Source: Laetmonice hystrix (lineage: Eukaryota). From it: a DNA stretch of 64,000 nt. The position numbers and the translations under genes were made by a program. Positions 1 through 11,916 of this stretch are shown one piece after another. Location of the stretch: contig OZ249436.1 of the NCBI GenBank assembly GCA_965235115.1, forward strand, positions 27,778,001-27,842,000. Direction: 5' to 3'. The notes beneath the pieces are model-generated. The model did no database searches. It was not told the DNA's origin and saw only the letters and a program-made list of their open reading frames with translations. Every line of letters begins with the position of its first letter. The stretch's first letter is position 1.

Positions 1-118
1 CAGGCAGCCCTTTGCCCACATTCTTATTCCATTATGGGCCATATACTTTACCCAGTATTCGGTATTCGGGCTCTACCCCCACTATTCAAAGTGATCTACT
101 CCTGCATGGTATCCTTAC

Positions 119-2816
119 CTTAGCCAAACTGCCAGCAGAACCTCCCTTCGTCTCGTACACAGACAGTTTGCACCGAATTATTGACGATATCTCCTGCCAG
201 GTAGCGCGCAACGTCACACAGGTGAGTGGCCTGTTCTACAATCGGCCCACCACTGCATCGGATGTCCCACCTTAGAAACAAGAAACACAAAGTTTGGAAT
301 ACCTCACAATCATACGGGCGGTGGGGGGGGGGGGGGACTAATTCTATCAGGTTGCCATAAATTACCAATAATGATAAACGTGCAGAATAGCAGACCTTCG
401 CAGACCTTCCCGGTAAATTAGCAGAAAAGGAGAAGGGCTTGTTTTGCGTTAGGGCAAGTCTTGACTGTCAAAAAGAGGCGAAAACCATCGACCTTACCAG
501 TAAGCCGTGTCTCCGTGTTCGTATGCAAAATCCGAGCTCGGCGCCAAAGAGCCGGGATCATTTATGGAGGAGAAACGAGGGGTTTGCGTAGGTATGATAT
601 TAGTATAGGTACTCGCACATAATATGTATCTAGGACCCATGTCGTGTGCTCAGTATGTATTGTCAAGGAAATGTAAACAATAGCTGTACTCCCGTTAACC
701 ACCATCTTGGTTCTCGCCTCTCGCGCGGTCTGGGTCGGAAGTGACGAAGGCGACTTGGGAGACGATCCGGAGGGTATAAATACAACCGAGCAGAAGAGTC
801 GAGTTCTCTACCTTTGGAAGCTTCGTGGCAATCAGACGGCCCACCTCCGCCCCGACTCCTCCATGTTTCATGTCGACTTGGGGGAATATTCTGTCTCAAC
901 GCCTTTGCCTGGGTTAAATTATGTTTTTATGTAGACCTACTGGGTTTGGCTCGGGGTCAGCATGGCTGCCCGAGTTCTTTTCTCAGTTTGGTTGGATGGG
1001 GATGTATTTGGGTTCCTGGATGTTGTGGGCATTGTCTCCACCTAATAAGGCATTACTATACCTATATCTATGTATTTTGGACTATGTATTTCCATATAAT
1101 GTATTATCGGTTATGTATTATATTACTATAGTATTTTATGTTATGTTACATATATCAGTTACACCTTATATAGATTTATCATTTACCATATTATAATGTT
1201 TGTAGAGTCCCCCATTGCATGGGGTGATCGACGGGTTACTATGTGAATAAAATGTAACCTACAGCAAAGCATTCCCGTTCTCCGAGTTTGACTGCATAAA
1301 ATATAACGCGCGTTGAGAGCCATCACGTGACCACCGTGCTGGTCAATCAGCTCCTTCATCTTCCTCACGGCTGCATGATACCTAGGAACGTAGAATTGCA
1401 ACCGGTGTCACATTTTGAAACTTCCACCATTGTAGAAGTTCCATGTTAATTTGGTACTTTGATTCCCGGATGGACTGTGTAGGGTTCCCAGTGGATTGAC
1501 GCCCACTGTGCCGTTCTGAAAGTTCTTTGGTAGACTTTGATACGTGATCAAATTTCGGAAGTTATATCCGTAAAACAAAGTTTTCCTTCCGCGAGGTTAA
1601 CTCCTTTTAAACTCTGGAGACTATTAGGCAAAATAGTGGTGAATGGGAGTAACTTTTACCACGAGATGATGTTTTTAAGTTGCCTCTTCCCCCCACAATA
1701 ATCTTCGATCTCGAATGAAAAATGCATGTTTTCCCACACACCGTGAAAACCAAGGTCTCTTGTCCCCCATAATAATATGCGGAATTGAAGCACAGAATTG
1801 ATCCCCGGACCCACACCCATTCTCATAGCGTAAAGTATCAACGTCCATACCCAGTCAGCCATCGCCACTTCCATAAACAAGGAAGCTTTGGTGGTCGAGC
1901 AGCTCAATGGACCCTCCCCCTAGACACATCTTCCGACATATGATTTCTACGGAACATTCCACTCTTACGGGGTTGTGTCAAAGGGGGTCAAAAGGACGCA
2001 GCAGGTTAAACATACTACTAGACCTATATGTGCAAGTAACCTGAACATGTAGCCTACGGATACGATGACCCCAGTCTCTGCCTGAGCAGACATCATTGCC
2101 TCAACATACGCCTTGAAGTTGTCACCCTTGGCCAACGACAGCGGCTTCTCAACGAATACATGGACGCCCTTACGGACACATTGTAATTCGAGATCTTTTC
2201 CATCTTCCAACGAACCTCTGCATGATTGAGTTTTCCTTGTTAGTATACAAAGAGACGTCAGTATGACAGGCTAGCCAGGTCGCCAGCAGCTATAGCCACA
2301 GTTATCTAGGCCATATCACAACTGATGGTCATGACAAAGTCGCTGGTAGATAAAGTGCCGCAGCCCGTATATATAGTGACCCTCTTCCCCTCTTCCCAAC
2401 CTGAGCTTCTTAACAACGTACTAATAATAAAATCAAATGTGATAAGAAAAATTGCAATCCGTCAAAGAGGTTTGACCCTCAATACCGAATGCAGTCAATG
2501 GTCAATAAGAAACTTGGAAACTTTCTGACCTTACGAACGGAGGTGTGCCGATGATAACCACATCGGGCCTGCTGTGTTGGAGCAGGTCATTGGTTGAGCT
2601 GTACACCTGACAACCCTCATATATCCTAGCATGGACCCCGGCCCTACGTCTGGTTAGTGCCGTGTGGGCGACTTCCGGCAGAGGGTCGACGATTGCCACT
2701 ATCTCCACATTGGGTAGTTGTTCTAGACGAGAGGCGTGGTCCCATGGCCCCTCACCGCCTCCAAAGTTCACCTTCCCGGCGCCTATAAACGCGACACGGA
2801 GGCAGCGCTCGGACAT
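119..2816 (-). pseudogene. Oxidoreductase copy A (Gfo/Idh/MocA-like), exons 1-4 in window, disrupted
   Basis: Exons 2816-2530, 2217-2041, 1381-498 (split by a 767-bp insertion at 531-1297) and 270-119. Exon 4 is 152 nt versus 154 in the other copies (agaacctcccttcg vs agaacctgccccttcg), a 2-nt frameshift. Exons 5-6 would lie left of the window. Confidence 0.85.
531..1297 (+). mobile_element. Solo A-spacer-B remnant of the split-direct-repeat (Ngaro/DIRS-like) element
   Basis: Reverse complement of 16712-17447 with a few SNPs and indels: A 531-839, spacer 840-1027, B 1028-1297. Interrupts exon 3 of copy A within codons ATT TTT. TATAAAT lies in A (~775) and AATAAA in B (~1246). Confidence 0.85.
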
Positions 2817-3277
2817 CGTCGTCTTCGTCGTCTCACCTCGGAGGCTGTAGTTTCTGAAATGGGACGGCGCGGGCAACATGCGCGAAGTCTTAGGGACAAC
2901 TGTGTCAAGTGCGTTATTCTTGGGTGATATCCGAGGTCCACAGATATGGTAAAGTTGACTTTGGCAGTTAAAAACGAGTGGAAAATAAAGGGACTTCTTT
3001 TCTGAAGGCTGGGAGGAGTATACCTTTTTAAAAGTATCAACTTTCTGCATTATATGTTATATGAGGAATATTAATAAACTATATTGAAGAGTGGCGGATC
3101 TTTGTCAGTTTGTGTCTCCCTAAAGACAGCCCGCTCCAGCCCGCTGACCAAGGACTTCGCCAAGGATAAGACACGTGGCTATGAGTAATTGATTGTCGTG
3201 CACCAGAATCACGGGCGCTGCTGAGAGTGACAGTGCTGCCGCCTGCTGGAGACCTCATACATTGCATGAGGATTAAA

Positions 3278-3620
3278 GTGAGTGAGTGAGTAGTTGGTGT
3301 TTAACGCCCAGTCAGCAGTATTTCAGCTATTTCAGGGCGAGAACAAGGTAACTAACTCAGTCGGTGAAATCCATTGGGTGATAATGAGATGATAGGAGGA
3401 AACCTGGCATCGGGGCGAACCCCTACTCTTATCGATAGGTGCCAAGGGATATTTAACGTGCCCCTCCACATAGACGTATCGTGACACGGCCGGCCTTTGA
3501 TAAAGCAGTCGGCAGCACTGCTTATGCAGGAAAGTCCGGCGCGGCCGCGGATCGAACCCAGAACCCTTGGATCAAAGGTCCCGTGCTCTAACCACTGCGC
3601 CACCCTGGTCCCCCCCCCCC
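3278..3620 (-). mobile_element. tRNA-derived SINE (central region resembles the Meta domain)
   Basis: Minus strand: A box TGGCGCAGTGG, B box GGTTCGATCC, central GCACGTTAAA..CCC..ATCGATAAGAGTAGGGGTTCGCCCCG, and an (ACTC)n tail. 12-bp TSD atgag(g/c)attaaa at 3266-3277 and 3621-3632. Confidence 0.85.
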
Positions 3621-4270
3621 ATGAGCATTAAACTCTCTGACGAGCGACGACCGAACAGTTTCAGTGAAAACTGAATAACTGAAGTCTGATCTTGTTTTAA
3701 TGCATAATAAAGAAACGTAAGTGCCTATTTTTCCATTGCGGAACTATCATCTATACTGTACATGAATAGTGTTGAATGAATTGTGTGGGGAAATTCTTCT
3801 ACATCACTGCTGTTTACTTATACACTGAAAACTTTAGGTCGTCAAGGATTCGTCACATGCTTGTCAAAGTAACAAATTTAGCCTCGTCAAGGACACTGAC
3901 ACACTATTGACAAGGTCATTGTCACAAACTCGTCATAAAGTGCGTTGTAACTGCTTAGAATGTCGCTTACTTGACACGTGTTTTACACTTTCGTAACGGA
4001 TGCCGACAGGAGTTAGGACACAAAAGAAGGTAAGCACTGCTTGCAGTAATCTAAATAATCTGGTATATAAATGGTGGTATATTGTGTCAGATTATCTGTA
4101 TATCGTAGCAGAATGTTCTTTAGACTTGGGTGGGATGTTAATTTTTGTAAAGAATAGAAGGATGCCCCTAAAATTTATTGATTGAAAATAGGCCTCTTGC
4201 AAAAAAACCGACAGTAGAGGCCTTTGTGTGGTATGACAGTTTTGGCGGGACGGAATAGGGGGAGGGCCTA

Positions 4271-6276
4271 AAGTGGTGTTTCCATTAACGCAGCTGCGGC
4301 CCGGCTGCGGCCCGGCGGGCACGGGTACGGCTGATATGGCACGTCGTTGTTTTTAAAGATCATATTCCAAGCTTTTCTCATTATTTTAGGGTTTTCAGCA
4401 TGCTGGCGATTAGGTATCCATGTATTATTACTGTTTTATCAGTTGCAAGCTGGGATAAATTGTTTTTATGTGATTTCTGAAAATATAACGCATTCCGAAG
4501 AGGCCCGCATCGCAGCTGATTTTGACATGTACACCGCAATGTGGCAGTGTGACGTCAAAAGTGCCTGGGCTTGTTGTTGGAGCTGGAAACACACCCTGAC
4601 ACAGCTCGGAAAATGTCGAGTAACGATGAGACAGGCCTAGACGGTACGGTTGATCTGAGCTTACATCTTCAGGGATATATGTATGGGCCAGGTAGGCCCC
4701 ACAATCATGTACAAGAAGAGAACAATTTTTCTAAATCGAGTCAATCGACTGAGGACTCGACTGAAGAAGAGCCAGCACCCGATGCCGAAGCAGAAGATGC
4801 TGGGTCGGAGCTCGGGGAAGCTGGTGTCTCGGCTGCTGCTATAAAGGCAGAGTAACCATAGAGGACTACCAACTGTATTTCGATTATCTTGGATACTACA
4901 GGTTATTCTATAAGCTAGTCTAGTGCTTTTATCAGGTCTACGAGTACCAGGGAATCTCCCCTGGGACAGGGACGGGTGTGACACACTGACCCCGCCGAGG
5001 GCTCAGCAGGCAGCAGTGACTGCTCGGTCCCCCGCTGACTGCTCCGTCCCACTACACACACAGGTGGTACGGGTGCCCTTCCCGGGCAGAAAACATGGGT
5101 GCATCCGCGCGGTATTTAATTCTAATATACATCAACAAATAACATTCCATCCTCATAATATGTTTACTGGTATGTAGTTTTCGGGGCCCTGCCTAAATAA
5201 TTTACTATTGACCAGGCAAACGCCATGCAACCTGACAGACTGCGACAGCTGCATCCTGTATGATGATAAGCTCTTACCTCGAGATTCTGGCGCTTTTGTT
5301 GGGCCAGACTTCGTCTGGGTTTCGGATTCTTCTGTGCAAACGTCAAGATGGTTGGCACAGCATCCTTTTTCAAGTAGATTTTTTCAGGCTTGAAGCCAAC
5401 TGACTTTAGAACTTGTGGATCAACTGAGAATGCATCCGCTGGAGTAAGATGTTGGTGTCCATGCCGCACGCTTACATTTCTCTATCCACACTTTGCGGAG
5501 CTTTGGATCCTCAGGAAATTTGAAAAAACTTCTTCCAGGGGACGACCTATTGCTGCAGCCAATTGCAGCACAACAAACCATCGCGGTAAACTCAAAAGTT
5601 TGTGGTAGAACGAAAAATAAACGAGGTAAGCGGGTGACAGCCAAGTAGAGCCAAGCATAAAGCCTATAGAGAACTAACTGATGCCAGGGCGGCTGCTGCT
5701 GCTGGTGGCACATTTGACGTCATGACCCAGTTGCAATCTGAAACCCCCCAGATGGAGGTTGGAGGAATTTTTATGGCCCTGCTGGGTTATAAAAGTCGCT
5801 TTTACAGGAAACTTCTAAATGTAGCCAGACTGAAACAATCGGGGACTGTTACAATCAGGGTCAGAGTTTATAGTCATCTAGGTTTTAAAAGCTTGGAATA
5901 TGATCTTTAAAGGTGCGGCCCGGCTGCGTCTCAATGCGGTTGGTATAGAGTCATAGGACAGCCACGTGCCGAATCGATAAGTTTTTCATTAAGTTTTTGG
6001 ATATCTTGCTTGCTGATCACGTGAGGCATGGTGCCATCCATTTTTTGAGTGAAGAACATGCACGTGACCACCTAGGATCAAGGGGATCCCTCATGCGGGT
6101 CATCTGCGGCTGTGCTCGAATCGCTCCATGACGCGATCGGGAACAGCCGCATGCGACGCCCGTACGGGTCCCGTACGGAGATCGCATTAATGGAAACACC
6201 TACATTAAAAACAACGACGTGCGATATCAGCCGTACCCGTGCCCGGACCGCAGCCGCGTTAATGGAAACACCGCTT
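4271..6276. mobile_element. MITE (PIF/Harbinger-like termini) hosting the Kolobok insertion
   Basis: ~75-85-bp imperfect TIRs: aagtggtgtttccattaacgc..gcacgtcgttgtttttaa and ttaaaaacaacgacgtgc..gcgttaatggaaacaccgctt. Confidence 0.7.
4357..5906 (-). mobile_element. Non-autonomous Kolobok-like DNA transposon with THAP-domain remnant
   Basis: TTAA on both sides and a perfect 20-bp TIR AGATCATATTCCAAGCTTTT. Minus-strand THAP start MVCCAAIGCSNR..FFKFP..RKVWI, then frameshifted LKKDAVPTI. A convergent acidic plus-strand ORF (MSSND..QGYMYGP..) fits a KolX remnant. Confidence 0.8.
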
Positions 6277-7261
6277 CACACTGATTAGACCTGGGCTAGG
6301 GTTTATGGAATTCTTGGATCCGCACCTGGTTATAGCCTAATGTAGGGAGGGGGGATAATAATCGAGCCCTCCTCACATTTCAGTTCCATCACCCCTGTTA
6401 AGTCCCCTGTCTCCTTTTCTTGTAACCAGAACCTTCCCGGTCATTTTTTCTGTTCTTTTAAAGTAATCTTCCAGTTTACCAAAAAATTAGATAGCCTCCT
6501 CGAATTAACAGGGTCGGCCAAGATAAGTAAGGCCAGTTTCTTTAAATGACATGACAATTGAAGGTCCAGAACATATACCGGTATTAACATTTTACTTGTG
6601 TATTTCAGGACTGAGAAAGCCGTGGAAGAACAAGCATGAGCAAATCGTGTGAAAAAAGCTGTAGAAGATCAGTGAGAGACTGTCGATGTATTGCAGTAAA
6701 AAAGAACTATTTCTTCACATCTACTATACAGTTAGTGAACTAATATGGACGTGTTTAACGTGGGAGGAGGGTTCTTTGATTTTATATTTCATGGAAAAAA
6801 GAGTAGTGTGAGACTGTTGATGATGTCTTAAAGTTAAAAAGACAAACTGGCTATTTTATTAGTTATAAAGTATATCCCAGCGTCAAAGCAGTGTATATGG
6901 AAAACGTGAAATATAGGCATTTTACTATCTACATCTGTCAAGTTGTTTGTTTTGTCTTAAAAACCTTTAAATAGTTTATTTGAATGTTTTTCTTCTCAGT
7001 GTGTTGCAGACGTTTTTTTTTCTTTTCAGACATTGGCATGGATAACAGGTCAATGATTTATGGAGTGCATCCAGTGTAGTTTTTGACAAGGTAGTGTTCT
7101 TGACGAGTTTTTGACAAGGTGACGAGTTAAAACTTGTTTTAGGCACCGTCAGATTGACAAGCCAAAACTTCTAAAAGTCTAAAAAAAAACTGGCATATGC
7201 TACTCTTATAATTTAGCAATACCATATTTTAACTTGTGTCTGTTTCCAAAGTAAAACCGCT

Positions 7262-10200
7262 CTATTTTTCAGCGTCACGGATAGCCCAGGTCATAAAGTA
7301 GGTTTTCGAGGCGTCGACGTAACTAGAACCGATGCCACTTCCATCTCTGGTGCGCACGGCCTGTAAGAAATGTTCCATTTCCGTCATGTACGGGTCGTCA
7401 TCCGGAAAGGTGAGCACTTCCTCCTCTTCACTCCCCGACCTGCGCACGCGCACGGTACAGGCGCTCGTGTACGGATCGTCCAGAACCAATCGCATACCGT
7501 CCATTATCACCTCAACCTGGGCTTCGTATCTGTGAAAGGGAAGGTCAAACACGGCAATGGTCAGAAATTTTGAAGAATACCTCTTATATGACCATCGTTT
7601 TCCAATATTATATAACAGTCATAAGTCTAAACTAGGTACAACTCTCATCATTTTCTTCCGAATAATGATCAAGAAAGCGGGGGAAAGGCGATAGTCTTTT
7701 TCAATTCAATGGTAATTGCGTGTATCTGATTTTCCCCGCAAATTTTACAAGGAAATATTTTAACATAGAGAAGATATCACGTCGTTTTGTTAAGTGCATG
7801 TATCTAGGCCAAACCCTTCTAAAAGTAGTCCACCAAATATTCCACCACGAATTTGAAACTTTAAGTTCTAGGCCCCTATATATTTGCATAATTTAAAGTA
7901 GGCCTGGATATGACCTGTAGGCAACAGGCGCGGATCCAGGAATTTTTGCAGGGGGGGGGGCGAAAGATGCGAGCCGCTGGAGGAGGGGGCAAAAAGTCTG
8001 GGGCCCTTCCCCGATAACATAGCAAAAACCTAAGTTGGTACTGAGCAGGGGGGGGGGGCGGACCCCCTGGACCACCACCCCCGGATCCGCGCCTGGGCAA
8101 ATCGGTATGTCAAATCAGAGAACGAGGGGCGGATCCATGGGTTTGATAAAGGATTTGATTAAATCAGCACACTGTTTCAAAAAAAATTCTGTTTAAAATC
8201 TGTTTAAGGGATTGTCAAACACGGCAATGGTCAGAAACTTTTGAAGAATACTTCTACCTCTTATGTGATCATCGTTTTCCAATATTATATAACAGATGAT
8301 CGCCATTCTTCTTATAATTCTAAACTAGGTACAACTCTCATCATTTTCTTCCGAATAATGACCAAGAAAGCGGGGGAAAGGCGATAGTCTTTTTCAATTC
8401 AATGGGAATTACGTGTATTGGATTTTCCCCGCAAATTTTACAAGGAAATATTTTAACATAGAGAAGATATCATGTCGTTTTGTTAAGTGACCGTATCTAT
8501 AGGCCAAACCCTTCTAAAAGTAGTCCACCAAATATTCCACTACGAATGTGAAACTTTAAGTTCTAGGCCCCTATATATTTGCATAATTCAAAGTAGGCCT
8601 GGATATGGTAAATCGGTATGTCAAATCGGAGAACGAGGGGCGGATCTATGGGTTTGATAAAGGAATTAAATCAGCACACTGTTTTAAAAAAAATTCGAGT
8701 CGTAATGAAATGTCGTAAACCAACAACTACTTCTTGTCGTGTAGTGCAACAGTGTGAAGAAGACAGCCGACCCCGCCACTTGTGAACTTCCACTGTGATA
8801 CGGTAACTCGGGGAGCACGGGCAGAATCGGGAAGACCCACGTCACAGCCGGCCGGAACCTTAGGAAAGACAATATCTGATCAAACCCAGCTATATATGAC
8901 ATTAAATGTAGTATAATACAGCTGGATTTATTTAGGCTGTATGCTTATATTCACTCCTGTCTTTTCAGTAACGAGGTTAGAAAAAAGAAAACTAGGAAGG
9001 GCGTGCGGAGGCCTTTCAAAGGAAGCAATTGTTAATCATGAAGATCAGCAGTGGTCTAAGACCCTACTCAAGTACGGAGGGTGCACAGGCAGCCCTTTGC
9101 CCACATTCTTATTCCATTATGGGCTATACTTTACCCAGTATTCGGTATTCGGGCTCTACCCTCACTATTCAAAGTGATCTAATCCTGCATGGTATCCTTA
9201 CCTTAGCCAAACTGCCAGCAGAACCTGCCCCATCGTCTCGTACACAGACAGTTTGCACCGAAGTATTGACGATATCTCCTGCCAGGTAGCGCGCAACGTC
9301 ACACAGGTGAGTGGCCTGTTCTACAATCGGCCCACCACTGCATCGGATGTCCCACCTTAGAAACAAGAAACGCAAAGTTTGGAATACCTCACAATCATAT
9401 GGGCGGTGGGGGGGGGGGGGGGCTAATTCTATCAGGTTGCCATAAATTACCAATAATGGTAAACGTGCAGAATAGCAGACCTTCGTTGTTGCCTCTGAAA
9501 ATTAGCACAAAAGAGGAGGGCGTGTCTTACGTTAGAGCACCTCTTGACTTACCAGTACGCATTGTCTGCGTGTTCGTATGCGAAAATATAACGCGCGTTG
9601 AGAGCCATCACGTGACCACCGTGCTGGTCAATCAGCTCCTTCATCTTCCTCACGGCTGCATGATACCTAGGAACGTAGAATTGCAACCGGTGTCACATTT
9701 TGAAACTTCCACCATTGTAGAAGTTCCATGTTAATTTGGTACTTTGATTCCCGGATGGACTGTGTAGGGTTCCCAGTGGATTGACGCCCACTGTGCCGTT
9801 CTGAAAGTTCTTTGGTAGACTTTGATACGTGATCAAATTTCGGAAGTTATATCCGTAAAACAAAGTTTTCCTTCCGCGAGGTTAACTCCTTTTAAACTCT
9901 GGAGACTATTAGGCAAAATAGTGGTGAATGGGAGTAACTTTTACCACGAGATGATGTTTTTAAGTTGCCTCTTCCCCCCACAATAATCTTCGATCTCGAA
10001 TGAAAAATGCATGTTTTCCCACACACCGTGAAAACCAAGGTCTCTTGTCCCCCATAATAATATGCGGAATTGAAGCACGGAATTGATCCCCGGACCCACA
10101 CCCATTCTCATAGCGTAAAGTATCAACGTCCATACCCAGTCAGCCATCGCCACTTCCATAAACAAGGAAGCTTTGGTGGTCGAGCAGCTCAATGGACCCT

Positions 10201-11101
10201 CCCCCTAGACACATCTTCCGACATATGATTTCTACGGAACATTCCACTCTTACGGGGTTGTGTCAAAGGGGGTCAAAAGGACGCAGCAGGTTAAACATAC
10301 CACTAGACCTATATGTGCAACTAACCTGAACATGTAGCCTACGGATACGATGACCCCAGTCTCTGCCTGAGCAGACATCATTGCCTCAACATACGCCTTG
10401 AAGTTGTCACCCTTGGCCAACGACAGCGGCTTCTCAACGAATACATGGACGCCCTTACGGACACATTGTAATTCGAGATCTTTTCCATCTTCCAACGAAC
10501 CTCTGCATGATTGAGTTTTCCTTGTTAGTATACAAAGAGACGTCAGTATGACAGGCTAGCCAGGTCGCCAGCAGCTATAGCCACAGTTATCTAGGCCATA
10601 TCACAACTGATGGTCATGACAAAGTCGCTGGTAGATAAAGTGCCGCAGCCCGTATATATAGTGACCCTCTTCCCCTCTTCCCAACCTGAGCTTCTTAACA
10701 ACGTACTAATAATAAAATCAAATGTGATAAGAAAAATTGCAATCCGTCAAAGAGGTTTGACCCTCAATACCGAATGCAGTCAATGGTCAATAAGAAACTT
10801 GGAAACTTTCTGACCTTACGAACGGAGGTGTGCCAATGATAACCACATCGGGCCTGCTGTGTTGGAGCAGGTCATTGGTTGAGCTGTACACCTGACAACC
10901 CTCATATATCCTAGCATGGACCCCGGCCCTACGTCTGGTTAGTGCCGTGTGGGCGACTTCCGGCAGAGGGTCGACGATTGCCACTATCTCCACATTGGGT
11001 AGTTGTTCTAGACGAGAGGCGTGGTCCCAAGGCCCCTCACCGCCTCCAAAGTTCACCTTCCCGGCGCCTATAAACGCGACACGGAGGCAGCGCTCGGACA
11101 T
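7262..11101 (-). CDS. Oxidoreductase copy B, 6 exons, 375 aa, Gfo/Idh/MocA NAD(P)-binding family
   Basis: Exons 11101-10815, 10502-10326, 9666-9553, 9355-9202, 8858-8731, 7529-7262. All introns are GT..AG and phases are consistent (1128 nt). Motifs: Rossmann RVAFIGAG, HVFVEKP, VSVGYMFRY, WWDIRCSGGPIVEQATH, and C-terminal DDDPY..E..HFLQAV. Confidence 0.9.
7925..8095. mobile_element. Poly-G/C MITE in intron 5, 5-bp TSD
   Basis: TIR caggcgcggatcc / ggatccgcgcctg with ggcaa on both sides. Absent from the paralogous segment at ~8605. Confidence 0.8.
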
Positions 11102-11562
11102 CGTCGTCTTCGTCGTCTTACCTCGGAGGCTGTAGTTTCTGAAATGGGACTGCGCGGGCAACATGCGCGAAGTCTTAGGGACAACTGTGTCAAGTGCGTT
11201 ATTCTTGGGTGATATCCGAGGTCCACAGATATGGTAAAGGTGACTTTGGCAGTTAAAAACGAGTGGAAAATAAAGGGACTTCTTTTCTGAAGGCTGGAAG
11301 GAGTATACCTTTTTAAAAGTATCAACTTTCTGCATTATATGTTATATGAGGAATATTAATAAACTATATTGAAGAGTGGCGGATCTTTGTCAGTTTGTGT
11401 CTCCCTAAAAACAGCCCGCTCCAGCCCGCTGACCAAGGACTTCGCCAAGGATAAGACACGTGGCTATGAGTAATTGATTGTCGTGCACCAGAATCACGGG
11501 CGCTGCTGAGAGTGACAGTGCTGCCGCCTGCTGGAGACCTCATACATTGCATGAGGATTAAA

Positions 11563-11916
11563 GTGAGTGAGTGAGTGAGTAGTTGGTGTTTAACGCACAG
11601 TCAGCAGTATTTCAGCTATTTCAGGGCGAGAACAAGGTAACTAACCCAGTCGGTGAAATCCATTGGGTGATAATGAGATGATAGGAGGAAACCTGGCATC
11701 GGGGCGAACCCCTACTCTTATCGATAGGTGCCAAGGGATCTTTAACGTGCCCCTCCACATAGACGTATCGTGACACGGCCGGCCTTTGATAAAGCAGTCG
11801 GCAGCACTGCTTATGCAGGAAAGTCCGGCGCGGCCGCGGATCGAACCCAGAACCCTTGGATCAAAGGTCCCGTGCTCTAACCACTGCGCCACCCTGGTCT
11901 CCCCCCCCCCCCCCCC
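11563..11916 (-). mobile_element. tRNA-derived SINE (duplicated with the unit)
   Basis: Same sequence and TSD as 3278-3620. Confidence 0.85.

Noticed and set aside
2502..3050. 182-aa ORF as a standalone protein
   Set aside because: It is exon 1 plus read-through. The long N-terminal part is not conserved in D/E and the end runs past the splice donor at 2530.
3535..3612. tRNA gene
   Set aside because: A/B boxes are present but fused to a SINE body, tail and TSD, with no proper acceptor stem.
3636..3686. Hammerhead ribozyme at ctgacgag (also ~45753)
   Set aside because: No stem II followed by GAAA in the correct geometry.
8684..8902. ORF MSYIAGFDQ.. repeated in each copy
   Set aside because: Wrong frame over exon 5. 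The spliced frame is VPAGCDVGLPDSARAPRVTVSQWKFTSGGVGCLLHTVALHDK.
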